A stretch of 64,000 nt of DNA. Source: a virus. Shown in pieces: positions 55,599 to 63,998 of this stretch; position 1 is the first letter of the stretch, and each line of letters begins with the position of its first letter. The notes under the pieces are model-generated. The model was not told where the DNA came from and did not search any database. It was given only the letters and a program-made list of their open reading frames with translations. The stretch is taken from positions 1 through 64,000 of the IMG/VR virus record IMGVR_UViG_3300022602_000058, one strand, 5' to 3'. The position numbers and the translations under genes are program-made.

Positions 55599-56054
55599 TT
55601 AAGAAGCTCCAAAGGCAGTACAGAGAATAGATGTTGTATCATGTTGCGTACTAATAGTTGATGTACTATAAGATTCATATTCACCATAGGGATCGGCAGA
55701 CATGGAACTAGCAACCACTGGTTGCGGCGTAGTAATTGATTTATCTAATTTAGCTAAAATAAGTACAAGAAGTTGATGCATAACAATATCAGAGTTAGCT
55801 TCATTTACAAACTCTACGATATCAGCCCGTGTAAGTTTGCCTTTTAAAACTTCAAATGGGTTAGCATAATGCCCAAACACAAAATGAGGCAGATATTTGT
55901 TAGCCAAAGTAGCACAATCTTTAATAACATGAAAGGCTGCAGGTACTTGAATAGTGACACCTGTTTCTGGCCTTTCAGAAGCTTTTTTTGAGGGACCGTT
56001 AAGCTTAGCTTCTTTAATCTGACTATTTTCAAATATCACATCAATAAACTTCAT
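55599..56054 (-). CDS. Hypothetical protein
   Basis: Coupled to the upstream exonuclease gene; N-terminus MKFIDVIFE. Confidence 0.5.
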   Translation of the reverse strand: MKFIDVIFENSQIKEAKLNGPSKKASERPETGVTIQVPAAFHVIKDCATLANKYLPHFVFGHYANPFEVLKGKLTRADIVEFVNEANSDIVMHQLLVLILAKLDKSITTPQPVVASSMSADPYGEYESYSTSTISTQHDTTSILCTAFGAS

Positions 56055-56737
56055 TATCGTAGATAGTTAAGCATAGATATAATTTCATGCTTCATATAAT
56101 TTACCGGGTAATGTGTAAATTTACAAGCCTCTCTATCAAAATAAAGTATACCGAGTTGTTGTACTTTTCTACCTGTTATTCCTTGGTACATATAGGCATA
56201 TAGAGAAAGCTGTAAAGCATAATTTGAATATTCACAAGCTGGTAAATGTTCTACAGGGGAAAGCAAATAATCATTGTACTGACTATACATATTAAACTTT
56301 TTATTAGTCTTGAAGTCAAATACACTAAACCCACCCTTATCTTCAATACGAATAATATCTGCAGTACCTGCTATCTTATATTCATGATTATATACTTGTT
56401 GTTCAATAAGAAGATTATCACGCTTACTATCAATAAGATCTAAGTCAATATAAGCCTGGATAATATCGACATATTGCACGTCATAGGTACCTAGCTTATT
56501 GTATTGCTCAATTGCTGCGTGTATCTCTGTACCGTAGCTTTTGCTAAAATCGTTTGATTGCTTCCATTCCGCTTTTACTTCTTCTACAGTACACTTTCTC
56601 TTCTTTGCTACTCGCTCAGCAACAATATCAGCTTCAAAAGGCTTCTTAAATTTACTTAGTACTGACGAGGCTGAAGCATAAACTTCACCTGTAAATTCGT
56701 TTTTATATGAATGGGCTATAGGGTCAAAAACTAACAT
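56054..56737 (-). CDS. PD-(D/E)XK exonuclease (RecB/Cas4-like)
   Basis: GTEIH, IAGTADII, FDFKT, YALQLSLY. Confidence 0.85.
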   Translation of the reverse strand: MLVFDPIAHSYKNEFTGEVYASASSVLSKFKKPFEADIVAERVAKKRKCTVEEVKAEWKQSNDFSKSYGTEIHAAIEQYNKLGTYDVQYVDIIQAYIDLDLIDSKRDNLLIEQQVYNHEYKIAGTADIIRIEDKGGFSVFDFKTNKKFNMYSQYNDYLLSPVEHLPACEYSNYALQLSLYAYMYQGITGRKVQQLGILYFDREACKFTHYPVNYMKHEIISMLNYLR

Positions 56738-56776
56738 ATCGAATGATTATAAATCATACGAGTTGTATAATCAACT

Positions 56777-56983
56777 CTATTCTGTATAAACATATGTACA
56801 GGTATATCCTGTATCAATAAGAGATTTATGAACTAGAGTGCATCTCATTGAGAGTAAACGTCTGTTCAATGTCGCAAACCATTGCTTCTTAACATTAACA
56901 ATAATACTATTTTTCTTGTTATCAACAAGCATAGTGTCTGTGAATTCTTCGCATATTGAAGCTATGGACGCAAGAGCTGACAT
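56777..56983 (-). CDS. Hypothetical protein
   Basis: Small ORF with upstream TAAATA. Confidence 0.45.
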   Translation of the reverse strand: MSALASIASICEEFTDTMLVDNKKNSIIVNVKKQWFATLNRRLLSMRCTLVHKSLIDTGYTCTYVYTE

Positions 56984-57021
56984 TATACATATATTTAAGT
57001 TTTCCTACCAGCTGTTATGAT

Positions 57022-57210
57022 TTAACTAATATTTGAAACAACATGCTTAAGTTTAACACTTAGCTGTTCAACAACAGGTACGCTTACATCAGCAAACATC
57101 TTTGCATTAAGACAAGTATCAAGGATAAAATCTAATGTTTTAATGTCAGAGATTGTAAGATCAGTGATTAATTCAATCATTTCATCGGGATTAGGTGTTG
57201 TGTTTTCCAT
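57022..57210 (-). CDS. Hypothetical protein
   Basis: Small ORF with upstream TATAAT. Confidence 0.45.
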   Translation of the reverse strand: MENTTPNPDEMIELITDLTISDIKTLDFILDTCLNAKMFADVSVPVVEQLSVKLKHVVSNIS

Positions 57211-57255
57211 TTCTTTGTATATTATATTAATATAAGCTGTAGTAAATAGCCAACA

Positions 57256-57729
57256 ATGACTGTTTTTAAATTAAAGTTGACGCAGAGCTCTATACCTTGG
57301 TTTGAAGAAAATAAGGTAGATGTATATGCTATGGAAGCAGCGCTTTCTTTGCTTTTTGTAGAGCTCGAACCAACGCCTATAACGAAATGTAAACTATTAA
57401 CAATACAAATTGTATACGGTGCAGAGGAAAGTTCGTATCAATTTACAACAGATAAATTATGGATATGTGATGAACCCGATAGCAAGGCAAAATCCAAGAA
57501 AAAGCGTTTACTAGCTTTCTTTGATCACTTTTTACATGAATTTCGACATTGGATGCAGTCAAGAATTTATAAAATAAGCGGGACAAAGCTCACTTATACG
57601 GCTGAGGATGTTCAAAAGAATACAAACGCATATTTTAGGAACGAGTATGAAGTTGATGCACGTCAATTTGCTCGACTTCATATTAAGAAATTTAACAAAT
57701 ATTATACCTATTTCAGTAAAGCTGTTTAG
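57256..57729 (+). CDS. Putative zincin metallopeptidase
   Basis: FLHEFRHWMQ (HExxH) with a downstream YEVDA third-ligand motif. Confidence 0.6.
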   Translation: MTVFKLKLTQSSIPWFEENKVDVYAMEAALSLLFVELEPTPITKCKLLTIQIVYGAEESSYQFTTDKLWICDEPDSKAKSKKKRLLAFFDHFLHEFRHWMQSRIYKISGTKLTYTAEDVQKNTNAYFRNEYEVDARQFARLHIKKFNKYYTYFSKAV

Positions 57730-57926
57730 CCAAGACTCTTCATAAAAGCATTCCACACTTTACCCATATAGGATGCTTTTATATTAGCCTCAGCACATGT
57801 CTTACAATTAGAATTACGTAGATCTAAAATATCCCTTAGATATTGTTCACGTAGTTGTTGACAGTCAGGTACTCTTTCCGGACAGGGACCGTTAAAATTA
57901 AAAAACTCATCTATCAAATTACTCAT
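57726..57926 (-). CDS. Small Cys-rich protein
   Basis: CP....DC...CKTC; start taken at ATG 57926, coupled to the endolysin stop. Confidence 0.45.
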   Translation of the reverse strand: MSNLIDEFFNFNGPCPERVPDCQQLREQYLRDILDLRNSNCKTCAEANIKASYMGKVWNAFMKSLG

Positions 57927-58537
57927 TAAGCACAAGTTTCAACTAAAGCAGCTTCAGCATCACGTCTAGCTAGTAATCCATCTAGCCCTTTACCTTCCCA
58001 TACACGTTTCATACTACGAAGCTCTTCAGCTATACCTTTATAATCTTTCTTAGGAACGAGTTCACGTATTGTACGCATTTCAGCTCGACTTGAACCACTC
58101 AAACTCGTACCTCTATTGAATATTAATGATACTAATGCACCGTAAGCATTATCACATAATTTATCAACACCAGGAAAAGTTTGTTCTGTTAATTTAGCAA
58201 ACTTAGGCCAGGTTAGATCATCAAATATACTAATAGCCTGTTCCCAGGTTACAGTTATATTAAGTGGTTTTATTTGCTTTACATAATCTTTACCTGCTTG
58301 ACCTGTTTTGCCAGATGCATTCTTAATAGCTTCAAGCTGATCACCTGGTAAAAAATAAAAAATCTTCTCTAATTCACTTGGTGTATAATAACCACAATCT
58401 ACACCTATACCTAATGTTGTACCTGAAGCGCCACCCGGCCAGGTAGGATGCGATAAAAGCTTATCATAATAGCTTTTACCACCACCAACTTCGTATTCAA
58501 GGACTAACGCCAATGCTTCAGGTGATGGTTTTTTCAT
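57926..58537 (-). CDS. Endolysin (lysozyme-like muramidase)
   Basis: YEVGGG, WPGGASGTTLGIGVDCG, ALVSLIFNRG, GLLARRDAEA. Confidence 0.8.
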   Translation of the reverse strand: MKKPSPEALALVLEYEVGGGKSYYDKLLSHPTWPGGASGTTLGIGVDCGYYTPSELEKIFYFLPGDQLEAIKNASGKTGQAGKDYVKQIKPLNITVTWEQAISIFDDLTWPKFAKLTEQTFPGVDKLCDNAYGALVSLIFNRGTSLSGSSRAEMRTIRELVPKKDYKGIAEELRSMKRVWEGKGLDGLLARRDAEAALVETCA

Positions 58538-58917
58538 AAGTCTATCCCCCGTATAATATAATCATTTTCTTTAGCGTTATTTGAAAAGAACATTTCGTTT
58601 GAATTGGTATTTTGATTTATATTTATAGGTTGATTGGAATCTATACTCTGATCAGATACTTGATTTATATTTTGTGTCTCACTTGCACTAGTAGAACGAA
58701 ATAATTTCATAGTTTCTGTTCCTGAATACCCTAGTATAAATGAACCTGCTAAAAATGTAAGGAAGGTTAAATACGGGGTAGGATCTTTTAGAAGATGATA
58801 TGCATCTAATCCAATTACAGCGGTCAGATACACTAAAAAGACAACAAGCCATCTCTGCCTGTTACCTTCTAGGAACTTTTCTTTTGTAAAAAGCTTTCTT
58901 CTGTCCTGCTGATCCAT
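58534..58917 (-). CDS. Putative holin (two TM helices)
   Basis: Two hydrophobic segments, overlaps the endolysin start, TAAGTA upstream. Confidence 0.5.
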   Translation of the reverse strand: MDQQDRRKLFTKEKFLEGNRQRWLVVFLVYLTAVIGLDAYHLLKDPTPYLTFLTFLAGSFILGYSGTETMKLFRSTSASETQNINQVSDQSIDSNQPININQNTNSNEMFFSNNAKENDYIIRGIDL

Positions 58918-58935
58918 TTGAAATACTTATCCAAT

Positions 58936-59061
58936 TTAATGTAAGAATAAACTTGTCTTACCTAGATGAAATAAGATACATTGAGCTACAATAAATCCGA
59001 ACCCCAGGCTATAAATGTATAAGAGAATGGAGAGATAGGGGGTACGCTCTTGATAATACAT
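58936..59061 (-). CDS. Small single-TM protein absent from the ORF track (41 aa)
   Basis: MYYQERTPYLSILLYIYSLGFGFIVAQCILFHLGKTSLFLH; fills the gap in the lysis cluster. Confidence 0.4.
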   Translation of the reverse strand: MYYQERTPYLSILLYIYSLGFGFIVAQCILFHLGKTSLFLH

Positions 59062-59081
59062 AATTTATTAAAAATACTCTC

Positions 59082-59297
59082 TTAGACGAGAGTACCTAGA
59101 ATAAAACCAATAACGAAGAAAACGATCGACAGCGCTTCCTTTGGATTAGCTACAATCCAATCCGCAAATGCATTAAGAACAACGGGTGCGTCCTTAGCTA
59201 CAAAGGATTTGAATGTAATAGCTTCGTTTTTAACAGCTGTAGCAGCCTTTTCGACTGCTACCTCTACGGATGTAATTGTTTGTGTTAACGTATCCAT
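59082..59297 (-). CDS. Small membrane protein with C-terminal TM helix
   Basis: ALSIVFFVIGFILGTLV; TAAATA 5 nt upstream. Confidence 0.55.
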   Translation of the reverse strand: MDTLTQTITSVEVAVEKAATAVKNEAITFKSFVAKDAPVVLNAFADWIVANPKEALSIVFFVIGFILGTLV

Positions 59298-59330
59298 GCA
59301 TATATTTATGCTGGACGTTAGTTTTTCCTA

Positions 59331-59918
59331 CTAAAGTAAGAATAACCTACTGACTCTCAAGTAGATATAGAGAGCAATAATACCAAGAAGACCTACAATT
59401 ACAATATCTCTCCAGAGAATAGCAAGATCGCGCTTAGCTACATCTTTCTGAAGCTGATTAAGATCTTTTACCATCTTATCGTTCATGCTCTTTTGATGAA
59501 TAACTTCATCATCTGTGGCTTTCTTATCTTTTTGAAGATTAACATTATCTGCTTTAAGCTGCTTTGCCGTTTCACGGTCTTTTAGGAGTGTTTGGTATTC
59601 ATCTGTACCTACAACAATAACCTTATCTGCCTTAAACTGATTTGGTACAAGAATAACTCTTGTTGAATCAGTAGGACTTGCACCTTTAATTACCTTACCG
59701 GCTGAATAAACAGACTCAACCGGTATTCTATGTTTAGGAATCTTAACAAGCTTAGTTGTTTCATTTGAATAATAATAAGCTAAATCAACTCGACCTTTAT
59801 TAACGGAATCATTAGTAGCGTAAACATTCTGACTCAACGCTTCAGATTGTTTTTCAGTATAATAAGTACAACCTGAAATTAAAAGTCCAGTAAGAAATAA
59901 AACAGCAATCTTCTTCAT
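59331..59918 (-). CDS. Lipoprotein with C-terminal TM helix, unimolecular spanin-like
   Basis: MKKIAVLFLTGLLISG|C lipobox, coiled coil, C-terminal IVIVGLLGIIALYIYL. Confidence 0.6.
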   Translation of the reverse strand: MKKIAVLFLTGLLISGCTYYTEKQSEALSQNVYATNDSVNKGRVDLAYYYSNETTKLVKIPKHRIPVESVYSAGKVIKGASPTDSTRVILVPNQFKADKVIVVGTDEYQTLLKDRETAKQLKADNVNLQKDKKATDDEVIHQKSMNDKMVKDLNQLQKDVAKRDLAILWRDIVIVGLLGIIALYIYLRVSRLFLL

Positions 59919-59951
59919 ACTATTAATTAAAACAGCATGAAGAAAAAGCAA

Positions 59952-60344
59952 CTAATAACTATGGGTACCAGTTATACTAATATCATTATTAGTAAAATTA
60001 GGATCGACTTTAGCGTTATAAAGATAATCCTTCTCGAGTAATAACTCTTCTTTATTCTTTTCAAGATCCGGAAGTGTATCGAGTGATTGTTTTAGAAGAC
60101 TTGACACAACCTCATTAACAGAAATATCCTTTTCACAAGATTCTGTAATAATCATTTCAAGAACTTCTCGACTCCAATCAGCTAAATCAATTTCTACTTT
60201 AGCAAAAGGTCGAAGCTCAATTGAACCATCGTCGTGAACTTTTACATTAAGCTTTTGTCCAGCTTCCCAGCCAAGCTCCTGTATTTCTTCATCGGTAAAT
60301 TGCACGTAAAGGTCGTTTGTTGGTTGTAGTGTTTTCTTTGTCAT
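59952..60344 (-). CDS. Putative DNA-binding protein (AbrB/MazE-like plus ribbon-helix-helix-like)
   Basis: LYVQFTDEEIQELGWEAGQKLNV...GSIEL, then VEIDL...EKDISVNEVVSSLL; start at MTKK. Confidence 0.5.
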   Translation of the reverse strand: MTKKTLQPTNDLYVQFTDEEIQELGWEAGQKLNVKVHDDGSIELRPFAKVEIDLADWSREVLEMIITESCEKDISVNEVVSSLLKQSLDTLPDLEKNKEELLLEKDYLYNAKVDPNFTNNDISITGTHSY

Positions 60345-60345
60345 A

Positions 60346-60657
60346 TTATTTGTGGTTAAGATTTTCTTTGGCCTGCTTATAAGAATCTTCAATATCTTTT
60401 ATTGTTTGTGTCTTATATACTTCAGCTTTTTTCGAAAAAGATTCATAATCAGTTAAGTCATGTACATTGAACTTCGGCAATGGCTTTTCCTTCTTTTTAG
60501 GATGCTGGGTATAGCTAAAAAATAACAATACACTAACAATAAAAATAGCCGCAATAACAGTCTTAAATGCGCCAGCAATAATACGCTCTACAAGCCAAAT
60601 AGAAGCTAAGACAAGAAGAACGGTAATAACAATTTCAAGTGGATTATCTAAACTCAT
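60346..60657 (-). CDS. Membrane protein (two TM helices)
   Basis: Two N-terminal hydrophobic segments. Confidence 0.5.
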   Translation of the reverse strand: MSLDNPLEIVITVLLVLASIWLVERIIAGAFKTVIAAIFIVSVLLFFSYTQHPKKKEKPLPKFNVHDLTDYESFSKKAEVYKTQTIKDIEDSYKQAKENLNHK

Positions 60658-61220
60658 AGTATTGTTGTAGTGTGAATTGTATTGTAGATTATATTAACAG
60701 CTCTTTCAACTGTCATTTCTCCAAAAAGTGTCGATCTTGGATGAATTCGTACTTCAGGAAATTCTGGGGCTTGATATGGGGAATCAATACCTGTAAAGTC
60801 TTTAATTTCACCAGCTCGTACTTTCTTGTACAAGCCTTTGGGGTCCCTTTGTTCACAAATTTCCAAGGGTGTATCCATAAAGACTTCTATAAACCGAGCA
60901 TCACAATACTTTGTAAGAATATCTCGAGCGTCGTTTCGCATTTCCTTCAAGGGAGAAATCAGAGCAACAATAACAATTTCTACTTTTTGAAACTCAATCA
61001 TATTTCTTGCCATATAGATAACATTGTTAACAAATTGCTTTCTCTCTTCTATAGAGAACCCATAAACTCTGCCTTTATTTTCTTCAAAATAATTTCTTAT
61101 ATTATCTCCATCTAAAAAACCTGTCTTACATTGAAATATACACTTTTCATACAATGCCTTGGCAACAGTAGTCTTTCCAGCTCCCGATAGTCCTGTAATC
61201 CAAACAACAGTAGGCTTCAT
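60654..61220 (-). CDS. cysC: Adenylyl-sulfate (APS) kinase
   Basis: WITGLSGAGKTT, LDGDNIR, ALISP, CEQRDPKGLYKK...FTGIDSPYQAP. Confidence 0.92.
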   Translation of the reverse strand: MKPTVVWITGLSGAGKTTVAKALYEKCIFQCKTGFLDGDNIRNYFEENKGRVYGFSIEERKQFVNNVIYMARNMIEFQKVEIVIVALISPLKEMRNDARDILTKYCDARFIEVFMDTPLEICEQRDPKGLYKKVRAGEIKDFTGIDSPYQAPEFPEVRIHPRSTLFGEMTVERAVNIIYNTIHTTTIL

Positions 61221-61444
61221 CGATTTAAATCCAAATGATAGGCTTCTAGTACCTTCCAAAGCTCTGTTCTTACCTCATCCATAGCATTAGTGTATTCATT
61301 GTGAGCATCTTCAGCTGGATACTTTACTTTATTTCTAAGGTATTGATCAAGTTCCCAAAGAACAGTATAAAACTTTCCACCACTATTGGCTAGTTCAAAA
61401 TCATCTTGTTCTTCAGGTAAGGTAAATTTTAAAATAGCTTTCAT
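61217..61444 (-). CDS. Hypothetical phage protein
   Basis: MKAILKFTLPEE... small ORF overlapping the cysC start. Confidence 0.55.
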   Translation of the reverse strand: MKAILKFTLPEEQDDFELANSGGKFYTVLWELDQYLRNKVKYPAEDAHNEYTNAMDEVRTELWKVLEAYHLDLNR

Positions 61445-61452
61445 GTTTCATA

Positions 61453-62118
61453 TTATAGCGCATCCTCTTTATATTTCCACAGGAACCCACCACTTGTTTT
61501 TTGTAATTTAACTAAAACAGCTCCAACTCCTGTAAAGCCAGTTATATTTTGAGCCTCCGTTATAGACTCCCATTCTCTTATAATATTGCCTTTAAGATCT
61601 ATTTGTAAAATAGATCTTTTATTTGTAGATGGTTTGCCTTTTTTAGCTAAAGATATTTTTCTTCTTGTCTCTTCAGAAGATGGCCTCCTTTTTAAAAGTC
61701 TTCTTCTAGTTTTTCCTGTTTGTGCTATAGACATTTTTATTTTAGTTTCTTCTGAATGCTTTCTTCCTTTCATTGGACTTTTTTGTCCTTTATTTGCATC
61801 ACTAATTTTTTTTCTTGTTTCTTCAGAATGATAACCAGATTTATCTTTTGTTTGGACTAGCTTACAATTTAAACCTTCTTCAATCACATTATATTCTTCT
61901 TGCCAATATCTTTCTCTTTCATTAAGATCATTAATTTCACACTCTTCTAAAACCTCGAATTTATGACTCTTTACTCCATATTTTAACAAAGAATTGTAAA
62001 GTTTAGGTTGATCTATACAATCTAAAGATACATAATGCAACCATCTGCTTTTAATATTAGTTGATTGCCCAACATAAATTCTTCCCTTTGGTGATATTAT
62101 TTTGTATATGCCTATCAC
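61453..62118 (-). CDS. GIY-YIG homing endonuclease with NUMOD3 repeats and NUMOD1-like C-terminus
   Basis: GIYKI...IYVGQS, LNERERYW, three (H/S)SEET repeats, WESITEA...SGGFLWKY. Confidence 0.88.
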   Translation of the reverse strand: MIGIYKIISPKGRIYVGQSTNIKSRWLHYVSLDCIDQPKLYNSLLKYGVKSHKFEVLEECEINDLNERERYWQEEYNVIEEGLNCKLVQTKDKSGYHSEETRKKISDANKGQKSPMKGRKHSEETKIKMSIAQTGKTRRRLLKRRPSSEETRRKISLAKKGKPSTNKRSILQIDLKGNIIREWESITEAQNITGFTGVGAVLVKLQKTSGGFLWKYKEDAL

Positions 62119-62157
62119 TACCCATATATTTATGGTTGCTTTTGGCTAACTCTACAG

Positions 62158-63444
62158 TTACTTTGGGCATATAATCTTCTGTGTATATTCTAGCTGCTCT
62201 TCTAGCTTTGCAACTCTCTCTTCTAAGTACTCAGTTGTTGTCTTTTTCTTCCAATCAACAGGCTCTTCAACCCAAGGTTTAAAAGTCTTCTTTTCTTCAA
62301 TACCATATACCTCTCTCCACTTTGCTTGAACAGCATCATCTACAGCAACCTTTGTTGTACTCCATTTTTCAGACTCATACCCACCCCAATGAAGAGGGTA
62401 CATAGGATGCTTTTGTCCATCAATCTTATTTTGTAGCTTCTTCATATCATTATAACTAAAGCTTTCTGCATATTTATCCTGATAATCTCTTACATTACTC
62501 TTCAGTACTTCATTCTCCTTATTAACTGCATTAAAATAATTCTTATATTCTTCATGAATATCTTGCTCTAGTTTACCTTTCTCTGCTTTAAGTCTATCAA
62601 TAGCTTTCTTATATACTGCAATGCCTTCCTTGAGTTTTTCATTCTCCTTATTAGCTGCATCCAATTTAATTGATTTATCTGTATGTTTTGCTACCAATTC
62701 ATGGAACCTAGCTAACTCATCATCAATAGCTTTTTTAAGGATCTCGAATGATTCTTTCTTTTCCTTCTTTAATACTTCAATCTCCTTATTAGCTGCATTG
62801 AGCTGATGTTTATATTCATCTCTATACTTCGTACAACCTTGATAATTATGATCAAGGATTTGATACTTTGCTTTCAATACAGCAATTTCGTTCTTAAGAG
62901 CAAAGATCTCAGCTCTATATGCTTCATTTTGATCACTATCAATCTCATTAACTCTATCCATCAACTCAACATTCTCCTTCTTGAGATGTCTAAGACCATT
63001 AACTTCTTTTAAGAGTTCATTATTTTTGTCTACTACTTCTTGATAAAGATTCATCCAATTTCTATTACCCTTTTTATATTCAGTATTTTCTTCTTCAAGC
63101 TTGTAGATTTTTTCATTACAAAGCTCAGGCTGATGCCAATCTTCAAACTTCTTTAACCTTTCAATTTCATCCTTAAGCTCATCAACAGTATCTGCTTTTT
63201 CATCATATAACTTTCTCCAATTTTTATTACCTATTTTCCAGCCTTCAAGCTCATTCTTAAGCTTCTGGTTTTCAGTTAAGATATCTCCAATATACTGTGA
63301 GAGTTCATCTGCCTTATATGTTTTTCCATTTATAGTAAATGTTGGTGTTGATGTATAGAACCAATTAGTAGCTGGTTTACCAGTAAGATCATCAACGGAT
63401 GCACAATCACCAGGGCTACCAAATTTAGGGAAAATATTGAACAT
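62158..63444 (-). CDS. Long coiled-coil protein with internal repeats
   Basis: Heptad-rich Glu/Lys sequence; start placed at ATG 63444 after TTGACA-16nt-CATAAT. Confidence 0.6.
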   Translation of the reverse strand: MFNIFPKFGSPGDCASVDDLTGKPATNWFYTSTPTFTINGKTYKADELSQYIGDILTENQKLKNELEGWKIGNKNWRKLYDEKADTVDELKDEIERLKKFEDWHQPELCNEKIYKLEEENTEYKKGNRNWMNLYQEVVDKNNELLKEVNGLRHLKKENVELMDRVNEIDSDQNEAYRAEIFALKNEIAVLKAKYQILDHNYQGCTKYRDEYKHQLNAANKEIEVLKKEKKESFEILKKAIDDELARFHELVAKHTDKSIKLDAANKENEKLKEGIAVYKKAIDRLKAEKGKLEQDIHEEYKNYFNAVNKENEVLKSNVRDYQDKYAESFSYNDMKKLQNKIDGQKHPMYPLHWGGYESEKWSTTKVAVDDAVQAKWREVYGIEEKKTFKPWVEEPVDWKKKTTTEYLEERVAKLEEQLEYTQKIICPK

Positions 63445-63453
63445 TGTGTTTGT

Positions 63454-63481
63454 ATTATGGCTCAAATTTTTAAGATGTCAA
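63454..63481 (-). promoter_or_regulatory. Sigma70-type early promoter
   Basis: TTGACA (63476-63481), 16 nt, CATAAT (63454-63459). Confidence 0.65.
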
Positions 63482-63499
63482 GCATAAATAATATTGGTA

Positions 63500-63805
63500 C
63501 TAATAAAAAATGCCTGTCACAGGACTGCAATCCTCACAATGCTTCAAGTACCATTCAACTTCTGCTATAATAGAATTCTTTAAGAGATTGATTAGTTCTA
63601 CCTGACACTCTTCATATGTATCAAAACTTGTCTCTTCATAACTATGGTTAATATAGCCATGATGAGCTACTGTCCACTGTCCCTTTTGTCCATAGGAAAA
63701 AGCCTGAGTAATATAGAAATGACAATCTCGATCTTTATAAAAATCTACACAAACAGTATCATACCAGATTTCATTTAATTCGGCAATTTTATCTAGATTG
63801 GTCAT
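63500..63805 (-). CDS. Hypothetical protein
   Basis: ORF in track; start likely MTNLDK at 63805. Confidence 0.5.
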   Translation of the reverse strand: MTNLDKIAELNEIWYDTVCVDFYKDRDCHFYITQAFSYGQKGQWTVAHHGYINHSYEETSFDTYEECQVELINLLKNSIIAEVEWYLKHCEDCSPVTGIFY

Positions 63806-63998
63806 AATCTTCATAAGGATATTCTGTTTCTAATACTGAGTTCACATCAATGTCCATATCAATTTTGATAGGCTCTCCTACTATATGATTATTTTTATCA
63901 ACAGCTCTTATAATAATAAATCTAGGATTAGTCATGGATTTTTGAACCATACCAGCTCCTGTAATATGGATTACATCATTACCTATACCACCATCTGA
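63789..63998 (-). CDS. Partial hypothetical protein running off the window end
   Basis: Open frame ...SDGGIGNDVIHITGAG...YPYEDYDQSR* with stop at 63789-63791. Confidence 0.45.
   Translation of the reverse strand, partial: SDGGIGNDVIHITGAGMVQKSMTNPRFIIIRAVDKNNHIVGEPIKIDMDIDVNSVLETEYPYEDYDQSR

Noticed and set aside
56054-56737. Cas4 with a CRISPR system
   Set aside because: No repeat-spacer array or other cas genes, and no Fe-S cysteine cluster; an ordinary phage PD-(D/E)XK exonuclease.
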